Notes: generated by a model from the sequence alone, not told the origin. Positions 33,533 to 44,732 are shown, numbered from the stretch's first letter. The stretch is DNA of 64,000 nucleotides from Alphaproteobacteria bacterium (GCA_965221115.1 CBDCRU010000001.1:1636912-1700911), one strand, 5' to 3'. Made by a program: numbers and translations.

Positions 33533-35169
33533 CACACCCTCTGCATTTCCTGCCCCTCGGCGGTTCCGGCGAAATCGGCATGAATCTGAATCTCTACGAG
33601 TATGGCGGCTCGTGGCTGATGTGCGATCTCGGTGTGACCTTCGCCGGTGAAGAACTTCCCGGCATCGATCTCGTGATGCCCGACATTTCCTACATCGCGG
33701 AGCGCCGTCAGCATCTCCTTGGCCTTGTCCTCACCCACGCCCACGAGGATCACATGGGGGCAGTGCCCTATCTGTGGCCACTTCTGAAATGCCCGGTCTA
33801 CGCCACACCCTTTACAGCGGCTCTGCTCACCGAGAAACTCCATGAGGGGGCGGATGGCATTCACGAGATGGACATCCATATCATCGATCCGGGAAGCACA
33901 CTGGAACTGGGCCCCTTTTCGATCGCCCTCCATGGCCTAACGCATTCGATTCCCGAGCCCAATGCTCTCGTTCTCGACACGCCGGCCGGCCGCATCATGC
34001 ACACCGGCGACTGGAAGCTCGATCCGGAGCCACTGATCTCGGATCCCGTGGACGAAGAGGCCATCAGGAAGAGTGGTGATTCCGGCATCCTTGCCATGGT
34101 GTGCGATTCCACCAATGTGTTTCGCCCCGGTACCTCCGGTTCGGAAGCCGATGTGAGATGCAGTCTCGTTGACGAGGTCGCCGGACGGCGCGGCCGTGTT
34201 GCTGTCACCACCTTTGCCAGCAACCTGGCCCGCCTGCTTTCCATCCACCATGCGGCCGAGGCCAATGGTCGTCGGTGCGTCGCACTGGGGCGTTCCATGT
34301 GGCGTATCATCAAGTGTGCCCGGCAGACGGGCTACCTTCCGCCCGACACGCACTTCATGTCCGACAGAGACGCACGCCATCTCGCTCCCGACAAGGTGCT
34401 TTATATGCTGACCGGCAGCCAGGGAGAGCCCAACGCTGCCTTGTCACGGATTGCCGAAGGCAATCATCAGACGGTGACGATGGAGTCCGGCGACCACGTC
34501 ATCTTTTCCTCGAAGATCATCCCCGGAAACGAGCGGGCAATCTTCGATCTCATCAATCGCCTGACACATCTCGGAATCGAGACCGTCACGGAGGATGAAC
34601 GGTTCGTCCATGTCTCCGGTCATCCCAACAGGGAAGAACTGGCGCGCATGTACGGCCTCGTGCGACCACGCTACGCCATCCCGGTTCACGGCGAGGTCCG
34701 TCATCTCAAGGAGCACGCCAGTCTGGCGGAGTCCCTCGGTGTCGAACCGGTGAAGGGCGTGGCGAACGGTTCCCTGGTCCGATTGGCGCCCGGCGTTCCC
34801 GAGGTTGTCCACACTGTCACTCACGGCCGTGTCGCCTGGACCGGACGGCGTGCTGTTCCCGTCAACGGTCCACTGATCCGCGAACGGCGTGACGCCATGG
34901 CATGCGGCGTGGTGATCATTACGCTGGTAGTGGATCACGAAGGGGACCTCGCCGCCGATCCGCACGTGGCGCTCATCGGCCTGGGCGAGGAACCTGATAT
35001 CGTCCTTTCGATTGCCGATGATGCGGCCGACGCCTTCGAGGATCTTCGTCCGCGCGAAAGGATGATGGATGAGGACATCACGCGGGCGTTGCGGCGCATT
35101 CCCCGTCGCTGGCTCTCGGGGACCCGGGTGCGCCGTCCGGTGACACGGGTCACCATCATCAGGATCTGA
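33529..35169 (+). CDS. rnj: ribonuclease J (metallo-beta-lactamase / beta-CASP)
   Basis: ...LPLGGSGEIGMN... and THAHEDHMGAVPYL (HxHxDH) motif. 546 aa. TTG start overlapping coaX stop. Confidence 0.85.
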   Translation: MTHPLHFLPLGGSGEIGMNLNLYEYGGSWLMCDLGVTFAGEELPGIDLVMPDISYIAERRQHLLGLVLTHAHEDHMGAVPYLWPLLKCPVYATPFTAALLTEKLHEGADGIHEMDIHIIDPGSTLELGPFSIALHGLTHSIPEPNALVLDTPAGRIMHTGDWKLDPEPLISDPVDEEAIRKSGDSGILAMVCDSTNVFRPGTSGSEADVRCSLVDEVAGRRGRVAVTTFASNLARLLSIHHAAEANGRRCVALGRSMWRIIKCARQTGYLPPDTHFMSDRDARHLAPDKVLYMLTGSQGEPNAALSRIAEGNHQTVTMESGDHVIFSSKIIPGNERAIFDLINRLTHLGIETVTEDERFVHVSGHPNREELARMYGLVRPRYAIPVHGEVRHLKEHASLAESLGVEPVKGVANGSLVRLAPGVPEVVHTVTHGRVAWTGRRAVPVNGPLIRERRDAMACGVVIITLVVDHEGDLAADPHVALIGLGEEPDIVLSIADDAADAFEDLRPRERMMDEDITRALRRIPRRWLSGTRVRRPVTRVTIIRI

Positions 35170-35204
35170 GTTCGCCGCCATATCCAGGGAAAGGAAGGGA
35201 TCAC

Positions 35205-35609
35205 ATGATCGGCAGATTGAACCATGTTGCCATCGCCGTGCCAGATCTTGCCGCCGCCAGCGCGCTCTATCGCGAAACACTCGCGGCGACAGTATCGGAA
35301 CCGGTCGATCAGCCCGAGCACGGTGTCACGACTGTCTTCGTCGATCTCCCGAATACCAGGATAGAACTTCTCGGAGTTCTCGGTGACCAGTCACCGATAG
35401 CCGCCTTCCTGGAACGCAATCCGGCGGGGGGCATGCATCATGTCTGCTACGAGGTTGATGACATCCGTGCTGCCCGGGATCGGATCGTCACAGCGGGCGG
35501 GCGTGTCATCGGCAATGGCGAACCCAGGATCGGCGCCCATGGAAAGCCGGTATTGTTCCTCCATCCCAAGGACTTCTGCGGCACTCTCATCGAATTGGAA
35601 GAGGCCTGA
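35205..35609 (+). CDS. mce: methylmalonyl-CoA epimerase (glyoxalase/VOC family)
   Basis: LNHVAIAVPDL...GMHHVCYEVDDI...FLHPKDFCGTLIELEE is the typical VOC/Mce pattern. 134 aa. Confidence 0.8.
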   Translation: MIGRLNHVAIAVPDLAAASALYRETLAATVSEPVDQPEHGVTTVFVDLPNTRIELLGVLGDQSPIAAFLERNPAGGMHHVCYEVDDIRAARDRIVTAGGRVIGNGEPRIGAHGKPVLFLHPKDFCGTLIELEEA

Positions 35610-35668
35610 GTCTCCTCGGGGATGAACATCAGGGGACATCCGGCCATGGTGGGGAGGTGATGTGAACC

Positions 35669-35923
35669 ATGTCGCTCTTCGGGCTGATTGTGGTCTTCGT
35701 ATGCGTTTGGTGGGTGGTGTTCTTTGCTGCTCTTCCCATCGGCGTCAGGCGCCAGAGGCGGGTGGTTGAAGGACATGACCCCGGGGCACCCGCCGAACCG
35801 ATGTTGCTGAAGAAAGCACTTTGGACGACAGCCATTACATGCGTTCTTGTTGGTGGTGCAGCCTTCCTCGAGGCGGCGGACATTACGGATATCGGCGCCT
35901 GGTTCATCGGATTGCCTTCATGA
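35669..35923 (+). CDS. DUF1467-family small membrane protein
   Basis: 84 aa, two predicted TM helices (MSLFGLIVVFVCVWWVVFFAALPIGVRRQ...). Resembles the conserved alphaproteobacterial DUF1467 found next to mce. TGA overlaps the tag ATG. Confidence 0.65.
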   Translation: MSLFGLIVVFVCVWWVVFFAALPIGVRRQRRVVEGHDPGAPAEPMLLKKALWTTAITCVLVGGAAFLEAADITDIGAWFIGLPS

Positions 35924-36483
35924 CTGAAAGCTACTGCACTCTTGCTCCGAGCGATCCCGTGCACCGTTCCTACCATGACAGCGAGTACGGGTTTCCACTC
36001 AGGGGAGACAACGAGCTCTTCGAGAGACTCATTCTCGAGATCAACCAGGCCGGGCTTTCATGGGCGCTCATCCTGAAGAAACGCGCGGCATTTGTCCGGG
36101 CCTTCGAGGGGTTCAATGTCGACTCTGTCGCTTCCTACACAGAAGAGGACGTCGAGCGGCTGATGCGGGATAGCGGCATCATTCGCAACCGGCGCAAGAT
36201 CGAGGCCGCCATCGCCAACGCGCGGCGCCTCGTGGAGCTGCGGGCGCTCCATGGCGACTTTCATGGATGGCTCGAGGCGCATCATCCTCGAGACCACGCC
36301 GCGTGGACCCGACTCTTCAGGCAGACATTCGTTTTCACCGGCCCCCTTGTCGTCGAGGAATTCCTGATGTCGACGGGCTGGCTTCCCGGAGCCCACCGCG
36401 ACGATTGCCCTGTTCAGGAGCGGATCATCAAGGCACGTCCCCCATGGCTCGACTGCCATGACAAGGCACCGTCGTATGGCTAG
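35920..36483 (+). CDS. tag: DNA-3-methyladenine glycosylase I
   Basis: ...CTLAPSDPVHRSYHDSEYGFP...FERLILEINQAGLSWALILKKR...FVFTGPLVVEEFLMSTGW... Tag pattern with zinc-snap Cys/His. Internal ATG 35920 preferred over the 35821 extension. Confidence 0.85.
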   Translation: MTESYCTLAPSDPVHRSYHDSEYGFPLRGDNELFERLILEINQAGLSWALILKKRAAFVRAFEGFNVDSVASYTEEDVERLMRDSGIIRNRRKIEAAIANARRLVELRALHGDFHGWLEAHHPRDHAAWTRLFRQTFVFTGPLVVEEFLMSTGWLPGAHRDDCPVQERIIKARPPWLDCHDKAPSYG

Positions 36484-36514
36484 AGTGAGCACGTTCCAGA
36501 ACCCTGGTTGATTC

Positions 36515-37837
36515 ATGCGTCTGACCCGCTATTTCCTGCCGACACTCAAGGAAACACCCGCCGAGGCACAGATCGCCTCGCACCGGCTGATGCTGCGTGC
36601 CGGCATGGTCCGTCAGGCAGGAGCCGGTATCTATTCCTGGCTTCCGCTGGGCTTCCGGGTCCTCAGGCGGATCGAAACCATCGTGCACGAGGAGATGCAG
36701 AGAGCCGGCGCCCACGCCGTTCTCATGCCCACCTTGCAGCTGGCCGACCTGTGGCGCGAAAGCGGGCGCTACGATGCATACGGACCAGAGATGCTGCGCA
36801 TCCGGGACCGCCACGGGCGCGACATGCTCTACGGCCCGACCAACGAGGAGCAGATTACCCAGATCGTGCGGGACGACATCCAGAGCTATCGCGACCTGCC
36901 GCGAAACCTCTATCACATCCAGTGGAAGTTCCGGGACGAGATCCGACCGCGCTTCGGAGTCATGCGCGGGCGCGAGTTCCTGATGAAAGACGCCTATTCT
37001 TTTGATCTCGACTTCGAATCGGCGCGACGTTCCTACAACACCATGTTCATCGCATACTTGAGAACCTATGCGCGCATGGGGCTCAAGGCGATCCCTCTGC
37101 AGGCCGACTCCGGCCCCATCGGTGGTGATCTATCGCACGAGTTTGTCATTCTGGCGGCCACCGGAGAAACCAGGGTCCATGCGGACAGGCGCCTGCTCGA
37201 CATGGATGCAACCTGTTCCGGTATCGACTATGACGGCGATCTTGAACCCGTTGTCAGGGCATGGACATCGCTCTATGCGGCGAGCGACGACAAGCACGAT
37301 CCGGAAACTGCTCCGGTATCCGGACCGGGACTGCTTGTCGCACGCGGTATCGAGGTCGGGCACATATTCTACTTCGGCACCAAGTACTCCGAGGCAATGG
37401 GGGCCAGTGTCGCGATGCCCGATGGAGAAAGACGGCTGTTGCACGGAGGCTCCTATGGCATCGGCGTCTCGCGCCTTGCCGGCGCTATCATCGAGGCCTG
37501 CCATGACGACTCCGGAATCATCTGGCCAGCCAGTGTTGCCCCCTTTGACGTCGGTATCGTCAATCTCAAGGCGGGCGATGAGCTCTGTGATTCCATGGCG
37601 GCGACCCTGGAGGAGCGTCTCGATGCCGCCGGTCTCGAGGTGCTTCATGATGATCGCGAGGAAAGGGCAGGGGTGAAGTTCTCCGACATGGATCTCATCG
37701 GCCTTCCCTGGCAGATCATCATCGGGCCACGTGGAGCTGCATCGTCCAGGGTGGAACTCAAGCGCCGGGCTGATGGCCAGCGTCTGGACCTGGCTCTGGA
37801 CGATGTTGTTCCCCGCATCCTTGAATCACGCTCGTGA
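36515..37837 (+). CDS. proS: proline--tRNA ligase (short alphaproteobacterial type lacking insertion editing domain)
   Basis: [34 protein letters not shown]... class II aaRS motifs. 440 aa. Confidence 0.92.
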   Translation: MRLTRYFLPTLKETPAEAQIASHRLMLRAGMVRQAGAGIYSWLPLGFRVLRRIETIVHEEMQRAGAHAVLMPTLQLADLWRESGRYDAYGPEMLRIRDRHGRDMLYGPTNEEQITQIVRDDIQSYRDLPRNLYHIQWKFRDEIRPRFGVMRGREFLMKDAYSFDLDFESARRSYNTMFIAYLRTYARMGLKAIPLQADSGPIGGDLSHEFVILAATGETRVHADRRLLDMDATCSGIDYDGDLEPVVRAWTSLYAASDDKHDPETAPVSGPGLLVARGIEVGHIFYFGTKYSEAMGASVAMPDGERRLLHGGSYGIGVSRLAGAIIEACHDDSGIIWPASVAPFDVGIVNLKAGDELCDSMAATLEERLDAAGLEVLHDDREERAGVKFSDMDLIGLPWQIIIGPRGAASSRVELKRRADGQRLDLALDDVVPRILESRS

Positions 37838-39090
37838 TCGGAACATTCGAACTGACGGTAGCGTTGCGCTACCTGAAGTCCCGGCGTCAGGAGGGGTTCA
37901 TCTCCGTCACAGCCGGGTTCTCTCTTGTCGGGATCTGCCTCGGGGTCGGCGCCCTTATCATCGTCATGTCCGTGATGAACGGATTTCGTCATGAACTCAT
38001 CAGCCAGATCCTCGGATTCAAGGGTCATGTCACCATCGCCGCGCCCGCCGGCGGCCTTGAGGGCTATGGCGGACTTGCGAGTGACGTGGCGGCGCACCCT
38101 GATGTCACCCTTGCCGCTCCGGTGATCGAGGGCCAGGTTCTCGCATCGTCGCGTCGTGCCCATGCCGGCGTGATCGTTCGCGGACTGACGGCGGATGACC
38201 TTGCCGCCAAGCCGCTGATTGCCGACAACATGGTCGCCGGCTCGATTGACTTTCCCGGGGGCAATCCGGGCATCATCGCCGGCTCCAGGTTGATGCGCCG
38301 ACTGGGGCTCCGATTGGGCGATTCGATGACGCTTCTCTCGCCTCGTGGACTGCCCACGGCTCTTGGCACCATGCCACGGTCTGTCTCATGGCCGGTGGTG
38401 GGAGTCTTCGAGGTCGGTATGTACGAATTCGATTCCGGTGTTGTCTTTGTGCCTTTCGGGATGGCACAGACCTATTTCCGCCTGGGCGACAGGGTGACCG
38501 AGATCGAGGTCATGGTCACACACCCGGAAGAACCGGCGGCCACGGCGGCAGACATTCGTCGCATCGTGGCCGATACGGCTCCGCCGGGGGTCGTCGTCGT
38601 GGACTGGCAACAGACCAACCGCCACCTCTATGGCGCGCTTCAGGTGGAGCGTGACGTGATGTTCCTCATCCTGACGCTCATCATCCTTGTCGCTGCCTTC
38701 AACATCATCTCGTCTCTCATCCTCCTCGTGAAGGACAAGAACGGCGACATCGCCATCATGCGCACCATGGGCGCGACACGCGGCAGCGTCATGCGCATCT
38801 TCCTTCTGACCGGATCGGCCATCGGCGTGGCCGGGACTCTTGCCGGTACCCTGGTCGGTGTCCTCTTCTGTCTCCACATCGAGGAGATCCGCCAGCTTAT
38901 CCAGACACTCATCGGACTCGAACTGTTTCCCGCCGAGGTCTACTTCCTGTCCCATCTGCCGGCGCGGCTTGACTGGCCCGAAGTCATGACCATCTCCCTG
39001 ATGGCCCTGGGTCTTGCATTTCTTGCTTCCCTCTATCCTGCCTGGCGAGCGGCACGCATCGAGCCCGCCGATGCCCTGCGCTATGAGTGA
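37834..39090 (+). CDS. lolC: lipoprotein-releasing system transmembrane permease
   Basis: 418 aa, ...[41 protein letters not shown]... FtsX/MacB-type with periplasmic loop. GTG start overlapping proS stop. Confidence 0.88.
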   Translation: MIGTFELTVALRYLKSRRQEGFISVTAGFSLVGICLGVGALIIVMSVMNGFRHELISQILGFKGHVTIAAPAGGLEGYGGLASDVAAHPDVTLAAPVIEGQVLASSRRAHAGVIVRGLTADDLAAKPLIADNMVAGSIDFPGGNPGIIAGSRLMRRLGLRLGDSMTLLSPRGLPTALGTMPRSVSWPVVGVFEVGMYEFDSGVVFVPFGMAQTYFRLGDRVTEIEVMVTHPEEPAATAADIRRIVADTAPPGVVVVDWQQTNRHLYGALQVERDVMFLILTLIILVAAFNIISSLILLVKDKNGDIAIMRTMGATRGSVMRIFLLTGSAIGVAGTLAGTLVGVLFCLHIEEIRQLIQTLIGLELFPAEVYFLSHLPARLDWPEVMTISLMALGLAFLASLYPAWRAARIEPADALRYE

Positions 39091-39757
39091 GACCGTTCTC
39101 GAACTTAGACGCGTGGGACGCATGTTCGTCCAGGGCGGGCGCATGGTTACCGCGCTCAGTGAGGCGAGCCTCAGCCTTGCCAGGGGGGAAACGGTTGCTC
39201 TCGTGGGACCTTCAGGCGCAGGCAAGTCGACGCTGCTCTACATCGCCGGGCTTCTCGAACGTGCCGATGCCGGGGAGGTCACCATCCAGGGGGTCGACTG
39301 CAACCGGCTCGGTGATCGCGAGCGCACGGCGATCAGGCGACGACAGTTGGGTTTCATCTACCAGTTCCATCACCTGCTGCCGGAGTTCTCGGCGCTGGAG
39401 AATGTCGTGATCCCGCAACTGATCGGCGGCGTTGATCGTGCGACAGCCCGCAGGCAGGCCCATGAACTCCTGGAACATCTCGGACTTGCCGAGCGCCTCG
39501 ACCACCGTCCTGCCCGCCTCTCCGGGGGCGAGCAGCAACGCGTTGCCTTCGCCCGCGCCCTTGCCAACCGGCCGGCCATTCTCCTGGCTGACGAGCCGAC
39601 CGGCAACCTCGATCCGGAAACGGCGCGCTCGGTCATGGATCGGCTCATAGCCGAGGTCCGTGAACGCCGTCTCACGGCCCTGGTGGCGACACACAACACG
39701 GAGCATGCCACGAGACTCGACCGCACTGTGCGCCTCGTCGGAGGCGCACTCGACTGA
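39083..39757 (+). CDS. lolD: lipoprotein-releasing system ATP-binding protein
   Basis: Walker [10 protein letters not shown], signature [15 protein letters not shown], Walker [13 protein letters not shown]. Internal ATG 39083 overlaps lolC stop. 224 aa. Confidence 0.88.
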   Translation: MSETVLELRRVGRMFVQGGRMVTALSEASLSLARGETVALVGPSGAGKSTLLYIAGLLERADAGEVTIQGVDCNRLGDRERTAIRRRQLGFIYQFHHLLPEFSALENVVIPQLIGGVDRATARRQAHELLEHLGLAERLDHRPARLSGGEQQRVAFARALANRPAILLADEPTGNLDPETARSVMDRLIAEVRERRLTALVATHNTEHATRLDRTVRLVGGALD

Positions 39758-40248
39758 AACCCCTACCGTGCCGACGCCTGGAAGATGTTGAAGTGCAGGC
39801 GAGAGTTGACTTGACAAAGGACCAACGTTCCCTGCTTTGAGGAAATGGAGGGTGCATTGGCGCGCAGGACACTCTGCCGGTTTTGCATGGAGTGGTGCCC
39901 GTCAGGAAAGCACGTCGATCAAACACTCAGAAGTCGCAGCGAAAACCGAAGAACCGACCTTGGACAAGATTCGGACGGGATGGTTCGAAACCACCACAGC
40001 CGGGGCGACCAAGTGCGGTAGATCAATGTCATTCTTTGGTGAGCGGTCGCTTGGAATCGCCAAGGGAAGGACGTTGAAAGTCCTGGGTCAGGCGCTGTCC
40101 TGTCTCTCGCCGGCAGCGTCGCAGCACACCTGGAGTGATACGTGCATCTCAGCACTGAGTTACACGGACCAATCATGGCAATCTTTCGCCTGACGAGGGG
40201 TCTTGTCGGATGGTGGACCATCCACAGGCAGGGATGGGACAGTAGGTC

Positions 40249-43200
40249 ATGACCGGTTTCGTTCACCTGCGTGTCCATACGCCATTCTCCCTCCTTGAGG
40301 GAGCGGTGAAGATTCCGGATCTCGTCGAGCTTTGCGTTGCCCATGCTATGCCGGCCATGGCCATGACCGATACCGGCAACATGTTCGGTGCGATGGAGTT
40401 CGCATCCGCATGTACAGCCAAGGGTGTCCAGCCGATCATCGGCACGTTGCTTGCCATACGTCACAATGAGGAGGAGCGGCTGCGTGACCCCGATTTCGCC
40501 GAACGCCTGGTTTTGCTCGCCCGCGATGACGAAGGGTACACCAATCTCCTCGGCCTGGTGAGCGAAGCCTGCCTGACGACGAGCTCCGGTGATGTCCCTT
40601 CGCTTCTTCTCGACAACCTTGCCGGCCGCAGCGATGGCCTCATCTGTATGACCGGAGGGGCTTCGGGACCTCTCGGTCAACTGGTCCTTTCCGGAGCCAT
40701 GGAGCAGGCACATCAGCACTTGGTGCGTCTGCGAGAGATCTTCCAGGGATGCCTCTATGTCGAGATCCAGCGGCATGGACTCGAGGCGGAGGATGCCAGC
40801 GAGGGGGCAATGCTCGATCTCGCTTATGACCTGGATGTACCGTTGGTGGCCACCAACGATGTCATGTTTGCCGACGAAACCATGCACCAGGCTCATGACG
40901 TGCTGATGTGCATTGCCGGCGGCGCCACCATCGACCGGGCTGACAGGCGGCGTGTCACTCCACATCACGGCTTTGCCAGTCCGGAGGCGATGGCGGCTCG
41001 TTTCGAGGACTTGCCCGAGGCCCTTGCCAACACACTCACGATCGCACAACGCTGTGCCGCCACCTCACCGGCACGTCACCCCATTCTGCCGCCCTTTCCG
41101 GTGGCCGGGGGATGGAGCGAGGACGACGAACTTCGCCGCCAGGCGCGGGAAGGGCTGGACCGGCGCCTTTGCTCGCTTCCTGACTCGCGTGACACCGGAC
41201 CCTACCTTGAACGCCTCGAGTTCGAACTCGACGTGATCATCAGCATGGGGTTCGCCGGTTACTTCCTGATCGTTGCCGAATTCATCCAATGGGCGAAAGG
41301 CCAGAACATTCCCGTCGGTCCAGGTCGCGGATCGGGAGCCAGTTCCGTGGTGGCATGGTCTCTCACCATCACTGATCTCGATCCCATCCAGTTTGGTCTC
41401 CTGTTCGAACGCTTCCTCAATCCGGAAAGGGTGTCGATGCCCGACTTCGACATCGACTTCTGTCAGGATCGCCGGGATGAAGTGATTGCCCACGTCCAGG
41501 ATCGTTACGGCGCCGACAGGGTGGCGCAGATCATCACGTTCGGCACCCTTCAGGCGCGCGCCGTGGTGCGCGATGTCGGGCGCGTGATGCAAATGCCCTA
41601 CCATCGTGTCGACAAGCTGGCGAAGCTCATTCCCAACAACCCGGCAGCGCCGGTCACCCTGCAGCAGGCCATTGACGATGAGCCGGCGCTCAGGGATGCG
41701 ATGACGGACGAAGCAGTCAGGCAGCTGATCGAGACCGCGCTCCAGCTTGAAGGTCTCTACCGCCATGCCAGCACGCATGCCGCCGGAGTCGTAATCGGCG
41801 ATCGTCCCCTCCAGCAGCTGATCCCGCTCTATCGCGACCCGCGTTCGGAGTTTCCGGTGTCACAGTTTCACATGAAGGACGTGGAAAAGGCCGGTCTCGT
41901 CAAGTTCGACTTTCTCGGCCTCAAGACCCTGACGGTTCTCGAGCATGCCCGCGCCCTGCTGGCGCGCCGCGGCAAGATCGTCGATTTCGACAACTTGCCG
42001 CTCGATGACGCCGACACCTTTGCCATGCTGGCAAAGGCGGAGACCATCGGGGTCTTCCAGCTTGAGGGGCAGGGCATGCGCGACGCCCTGAGCCATCTCA
42101 AACCTGACACCATCGAGGACATCATCGCCCTGGTTTCGCTCTACCGTCCCGGGCCCATGGACAACATCCCCCAGTTCTGCAACCGCAAGCACGGTCAGGA
42201 GGAGGTCGACTACCTTCACCCATCGCTCGAGGAAGTGCTGAGCGAAACCTACGGCGTCATCATCTATCAGGAACAGGTGATGCAGATCGCCAGGATCCTG
42301 GCCGGATACAGTCTCGGCGAGGCGGACCTGTTGCGCCGTGCCATGGGCAAGAAGATCAAGGAAGAGATGGCTGCCCAGCGCGACCGCTTTGTGTCCGGCG
42401 CCACGAGCCGCGGAGTCGATGAGAATCGGGCGACCGAGATCTTCAACCTGGTGGACAAGTTCGCAGGGTACGGTTTCAACAAGAGCCACGCCGCAGCCTA
42501 CGCCATCGTTGCCTACCAGACCGCCTGGTTGAAGGCGCATCATCCCGTCGAATTCCTTGCTGCGTCAATGACTCTCGACATGGGAAACACCGACAAACTC
42601 AATCATTTCAGACAGGAACTCACCCGCCTCGGAATCGCCTTGCTGCCACCGGATATCAACCGGTCGGGAGTCACCTTTACCGTGGAGGAAATCGAAGGGG
42701 GCAGGACGGCAGTGCGCTATGCGCTTGCGGCCATCCGGAATGTCGGTGAAGGAGCCATGGAGGCACTCGTTGCCGAACGTGACGCCAACGGTCCCTACTC
42801 GGGCCTCTTCGAGTTTGCCTCCAGGCTCGATGTTCGTGTCGTCAAGAAGCGGCAACTGGAAATGCTGGCCTGTGCCGGCGCCTTCGATTGCATTGACCAC
42901 AACCGGGCCAGGGTCGCTGCCAACATCAACCGTCTCGTCCAGTTCAATGCCGGCATTGCCGCAGAACGCGAAAGCAGGCAGCAAAACCTGTTCGGCGATG
43001 ACGGCAACGGCCGTGATCCCGAACTCGTCGAAGCCCTGGCATGGACACCGGCCGACGCCCTGAAAGCTGAAGCGGAAGCAATCGGCTTTTATCTGTCAGC
43101 CCATCCGTTGGAAGCCTACGATGGTGAACTGGCCAGATTGGGTGTCATGACGCACGCGGACGCCCTGCGCCGTGCCCGTGAACAGGACACGGGGCCCTTT

Positions 43201-43674
43201 CGGCTCGCCGGCGTTCCGATCGCCAGGCGGCAGAGAACCAGCGTCAGGGGCAACCGCTATGCCTTCCTGGAACTCTCGGACCGCTCCGGCCACTACGAGA
43301 TTGTCGTCTTTTCCGATGCGCTCGATGCCTGCGCCGGCACGCTCGAGGGGCCAGGACCGCTCTTTCTGGAAGTCGATGGCCGTGTGGACGGCGAGAGTGT
43401 GCGCTTTTCGGCGCGTCGCATCGTCCGCCTTGACGACATGGCATCGAAATCCCTCAAAGCCTTTGTCCTCCACATCGATGCCGGTGAATCACTTGCCGGC
43501 CTGCAGCAGGTACTCGAAAGCGCCGAACCCGGAGGGGGGCGCATCACGCTGTCTTATGCGGCCCTGAGCGGAAAGGTGGTGGACATTGTCCTGCCCCGGC
43601 GGTTTTCCCTTTCGCTCGGTCTGAAGGCCCAGATCGAAGCCCTGCCGGGGCTCCGGTCGGTGGAGGCTCCCTGA
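40249..43674 (+). CDS. dnaE: DNA polymerase III subunit alpha
   Basis: 1141 aa. PHP domain start FVHLRVHTPFSLLEGA. Polymerase core and OB-fold regions. Confidence 0.95.
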   Translation: MTGFVHLRVHTPFSLLEGAVKIPDLVELCVAHAMPAMAMTDTGNMFGAMEFASACTAKGVQPIIGTLLAIRHNEEERLRDPDFAERLVLLARDDEGYTNLLGLVSEACLTTSSGDVPSLLLDNLAGRSDGLICMTGGASGPLGQLVLSGAMEQAHQHLVRLREIFQGCLYVEIQRHGLEAEDASEGAMLDLAYDLDVPLVATNDVMFADETMHQAHDVLMCIAGGATIDRADRRRVTPHHGFASPEAMAARFEDLPEALANTLTIAQRCAATSPARHPILPPFPVAGGWSEDDELRRQAREGLDRRLCSLPDSRDTGPYLERLEFELDVIISMGFAGYFLIVAEFIQWAKGQNIPVGPGRGSGASSVVAWSLTITDLDPIQFGLLFERFLNPERVSMPDFDIDFCQDRRDEVIAHVQDRYGADRVAQIITFGTLQARAVVRDVGRVMQMPYHRVDKLAKLIPNNPAAPVTLQQAIDDEPALRDAMTDEAVRQLIETALQLEGLYRHASTHAAGVVIGDRPLQQLIPLYRDPRSEFPVSQFHMKDVEKAGLVKFDFLGLKTLTVLEHARALLARRGKIVDFDNLPLDDADTFAMLAKAETIGVFQLEGQGMRDALSHLKPDTIEDIIALVSLYRPGPMDNIPQFCNRKHGQEEVDYLHPSLEEVLSETYGVIIYQEQVMQIARILAGYSLGEADLLRRAMGKKIKEEMAAQRDRFVSGATSRGVDENRATEIFNLVDKFAGYGFNKSHAAAYAIVAYQTAWLKAHHPVEFLAASMTLDMGNTDKLNHFRQELTRLGIALLPPDINRSGVTFTVEEIEGGRTAVRYALAAIRNVGEGAMEALVAERDANGPYSGLFEFASRLDVRVVKKRQLEMLACAGAFDCIDHNRARVAANINRLVQFNAGIAAERESRQQNLFGDDGNGRDPELVEALAWTPADALKAEAEAIGFYLSAHPLEAYDGELARLGVMTHADALRRAREQDTGPFRLAGVPIARRQRTSVRGNRYAFLELSDRSGHYEIVVFSDALDACAGTLEGPGPLFLEVDGRVDGESVRFSARRIVRLDDMASKSLKAFVLHIDAGESLAGLQQVLESAEPGGGRITLSYAALSGKVVDIVLPRRFSLSLGLKAQIEALPGLRSVEAP

Positions 43675-43805
43675 AGCTTGATGTCGGGGTGGTGACGGTC
43701 TAAATACCGCCCATTGATCCAACCCGCACGCGGACCAAGTCTTTCCGGTGCCGGCACGCCCGGTCCCGGTCCGCGGAGGCAGAACCGGAAGAGGAGCACA
43801 ACGCC

Positions 43806-44705
43806 ATGACAATGCCGCAGTTCACCATGCGCCAGCTGCTTGAAGCCGGTGTCCACTTTGGGCATCAGGCAAGGCGCTGGAATCCGAAGATGAAACCCTA
43901 CATCTTCGGTGAGCGCAACGATGTTCACATCATCGATCTCCAGCAGACGGTGCCGATGCTGCGGCATGCGCTGCAGAGGATTCGCGACGTCGTAGCCGGA
44001 GGCGGCAGGGTGCTGTTTGTCGGCACTAAACGCCAGGCACAGGAAGCCATCGCCGAGGCTGCCGGACGTTGTGGCCAGTACCACGTCAATCACCGCTGGC
44101 TTGGCGGAATGCTGACCAACTGGAAGACCGTATCGAATTCCATCAGGAGGCTGCGCGAGCTTGACGAGCGTCTTGGGGAGGACATCACGGGCCTCACCAA
44201 GAAAGAGGTCCTGCGCATGACCCGGGAACGCAACAAGCTCGAACGCGCGCTCGGAGGCATCAAGGACATGGCTGGCCTCCCCGACATCCTTCTGGTGATT
44301 GACACCAACAAGGAGGACATCGCCATCTCCGAAGCGCGTAAGCTCAACATTCCCATCGTTGCCATTATCGACAGCAACTGCGATCCCGACGTGGTCGATC
44401 TCGCCGTTCCGGGCAATGACGATGCCATTCGTGCGATCACGCTCTACTGTGACCTTTTTGCCCGTGCGGTTCTCGATGGAATTGAAGCCGAACTCGCCGC
44501 ATCCGGCGAGGATCTCGGTGCCCGTGCCATGGTCGACGAACCGGCGATCGAAGCGGAGACAGCCGGGGACGGCGCGAACGACGACCTGGATTCAACGGAA
44601 GAGGAAGCGCAGGCCCAGACGCCGGATGCGCCGGCCCAGACGCCGGATGCGCCGGCCCAGACGCCGGATGCGCCGGATACCTCATCGCAGGGCGCAGGCG
44701 CCTGA
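43806..44705 (+). CDS. rpsB: 30S ribosomal protein S2 (with Pro/Ala/Asp-rich C-terminal extension)
   Basis: [48 protein letters not shown] is the canonical S2 N-terminus. 299 aa including an ~50-aa acidic tail. Confidence 0.93.
   Translation: MTMPQFTMRQLLEAGVHFGHQARRWNPKMKPYIFGERNDVHIIDLQQTVPMLRHALQRIRDVVAGGGRVLFVGTKRQAQEAIAEAAGRCGQYHVNHRWLGGMLTNWKTVSNSIRRLRELDERLGEDITGLTKKEVLRMTRERNKLERALGGIKDMAGLPDILLVIDTNKEDIAISEARKLNIPIVAIIDSNCDPDVVDLAVPGNDDAIRAITLYCDLFARAVLDGIEAELAASGEDLGARAMVDEPAIEAETAGDGANDDLDSTEEEAQAQTPDAPAQTPDAPAQTPDAPDTSSQGAGA
44613..44675 (+). repeat. 3 x 21-nt perfect tandem repeat (GCCCAGACGCCGGATGCGCCG) inside rpsB 3' end, encoding (AQTPDAP)x3
   Basis: Directly visible: units at 44613-44633, 44634-44654, 44655-44675. 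Confidence 0.9.
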
Positions 44706-44732
44706 GGCAACAGGATTTCAGGGGATCGAACA

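Noticed and set aside
39837-40193. 118-aa ORF in the lolD-dnaE intergenic region
   Set aside because: No SD, an A/T-ending codon mix unlike neighbouring genes, and a non-protein-like sequence. The region is kept as a candidate leader/sRNA instead.
44613-44675. Tandem repeats considered as possible CRISPR or VNTR outside genes
   Set aside because: Only 3-4 contiguous units with no spacers, and both arrays are in-frame inside CDSs (rpsB, skp). They are not CRISPR.
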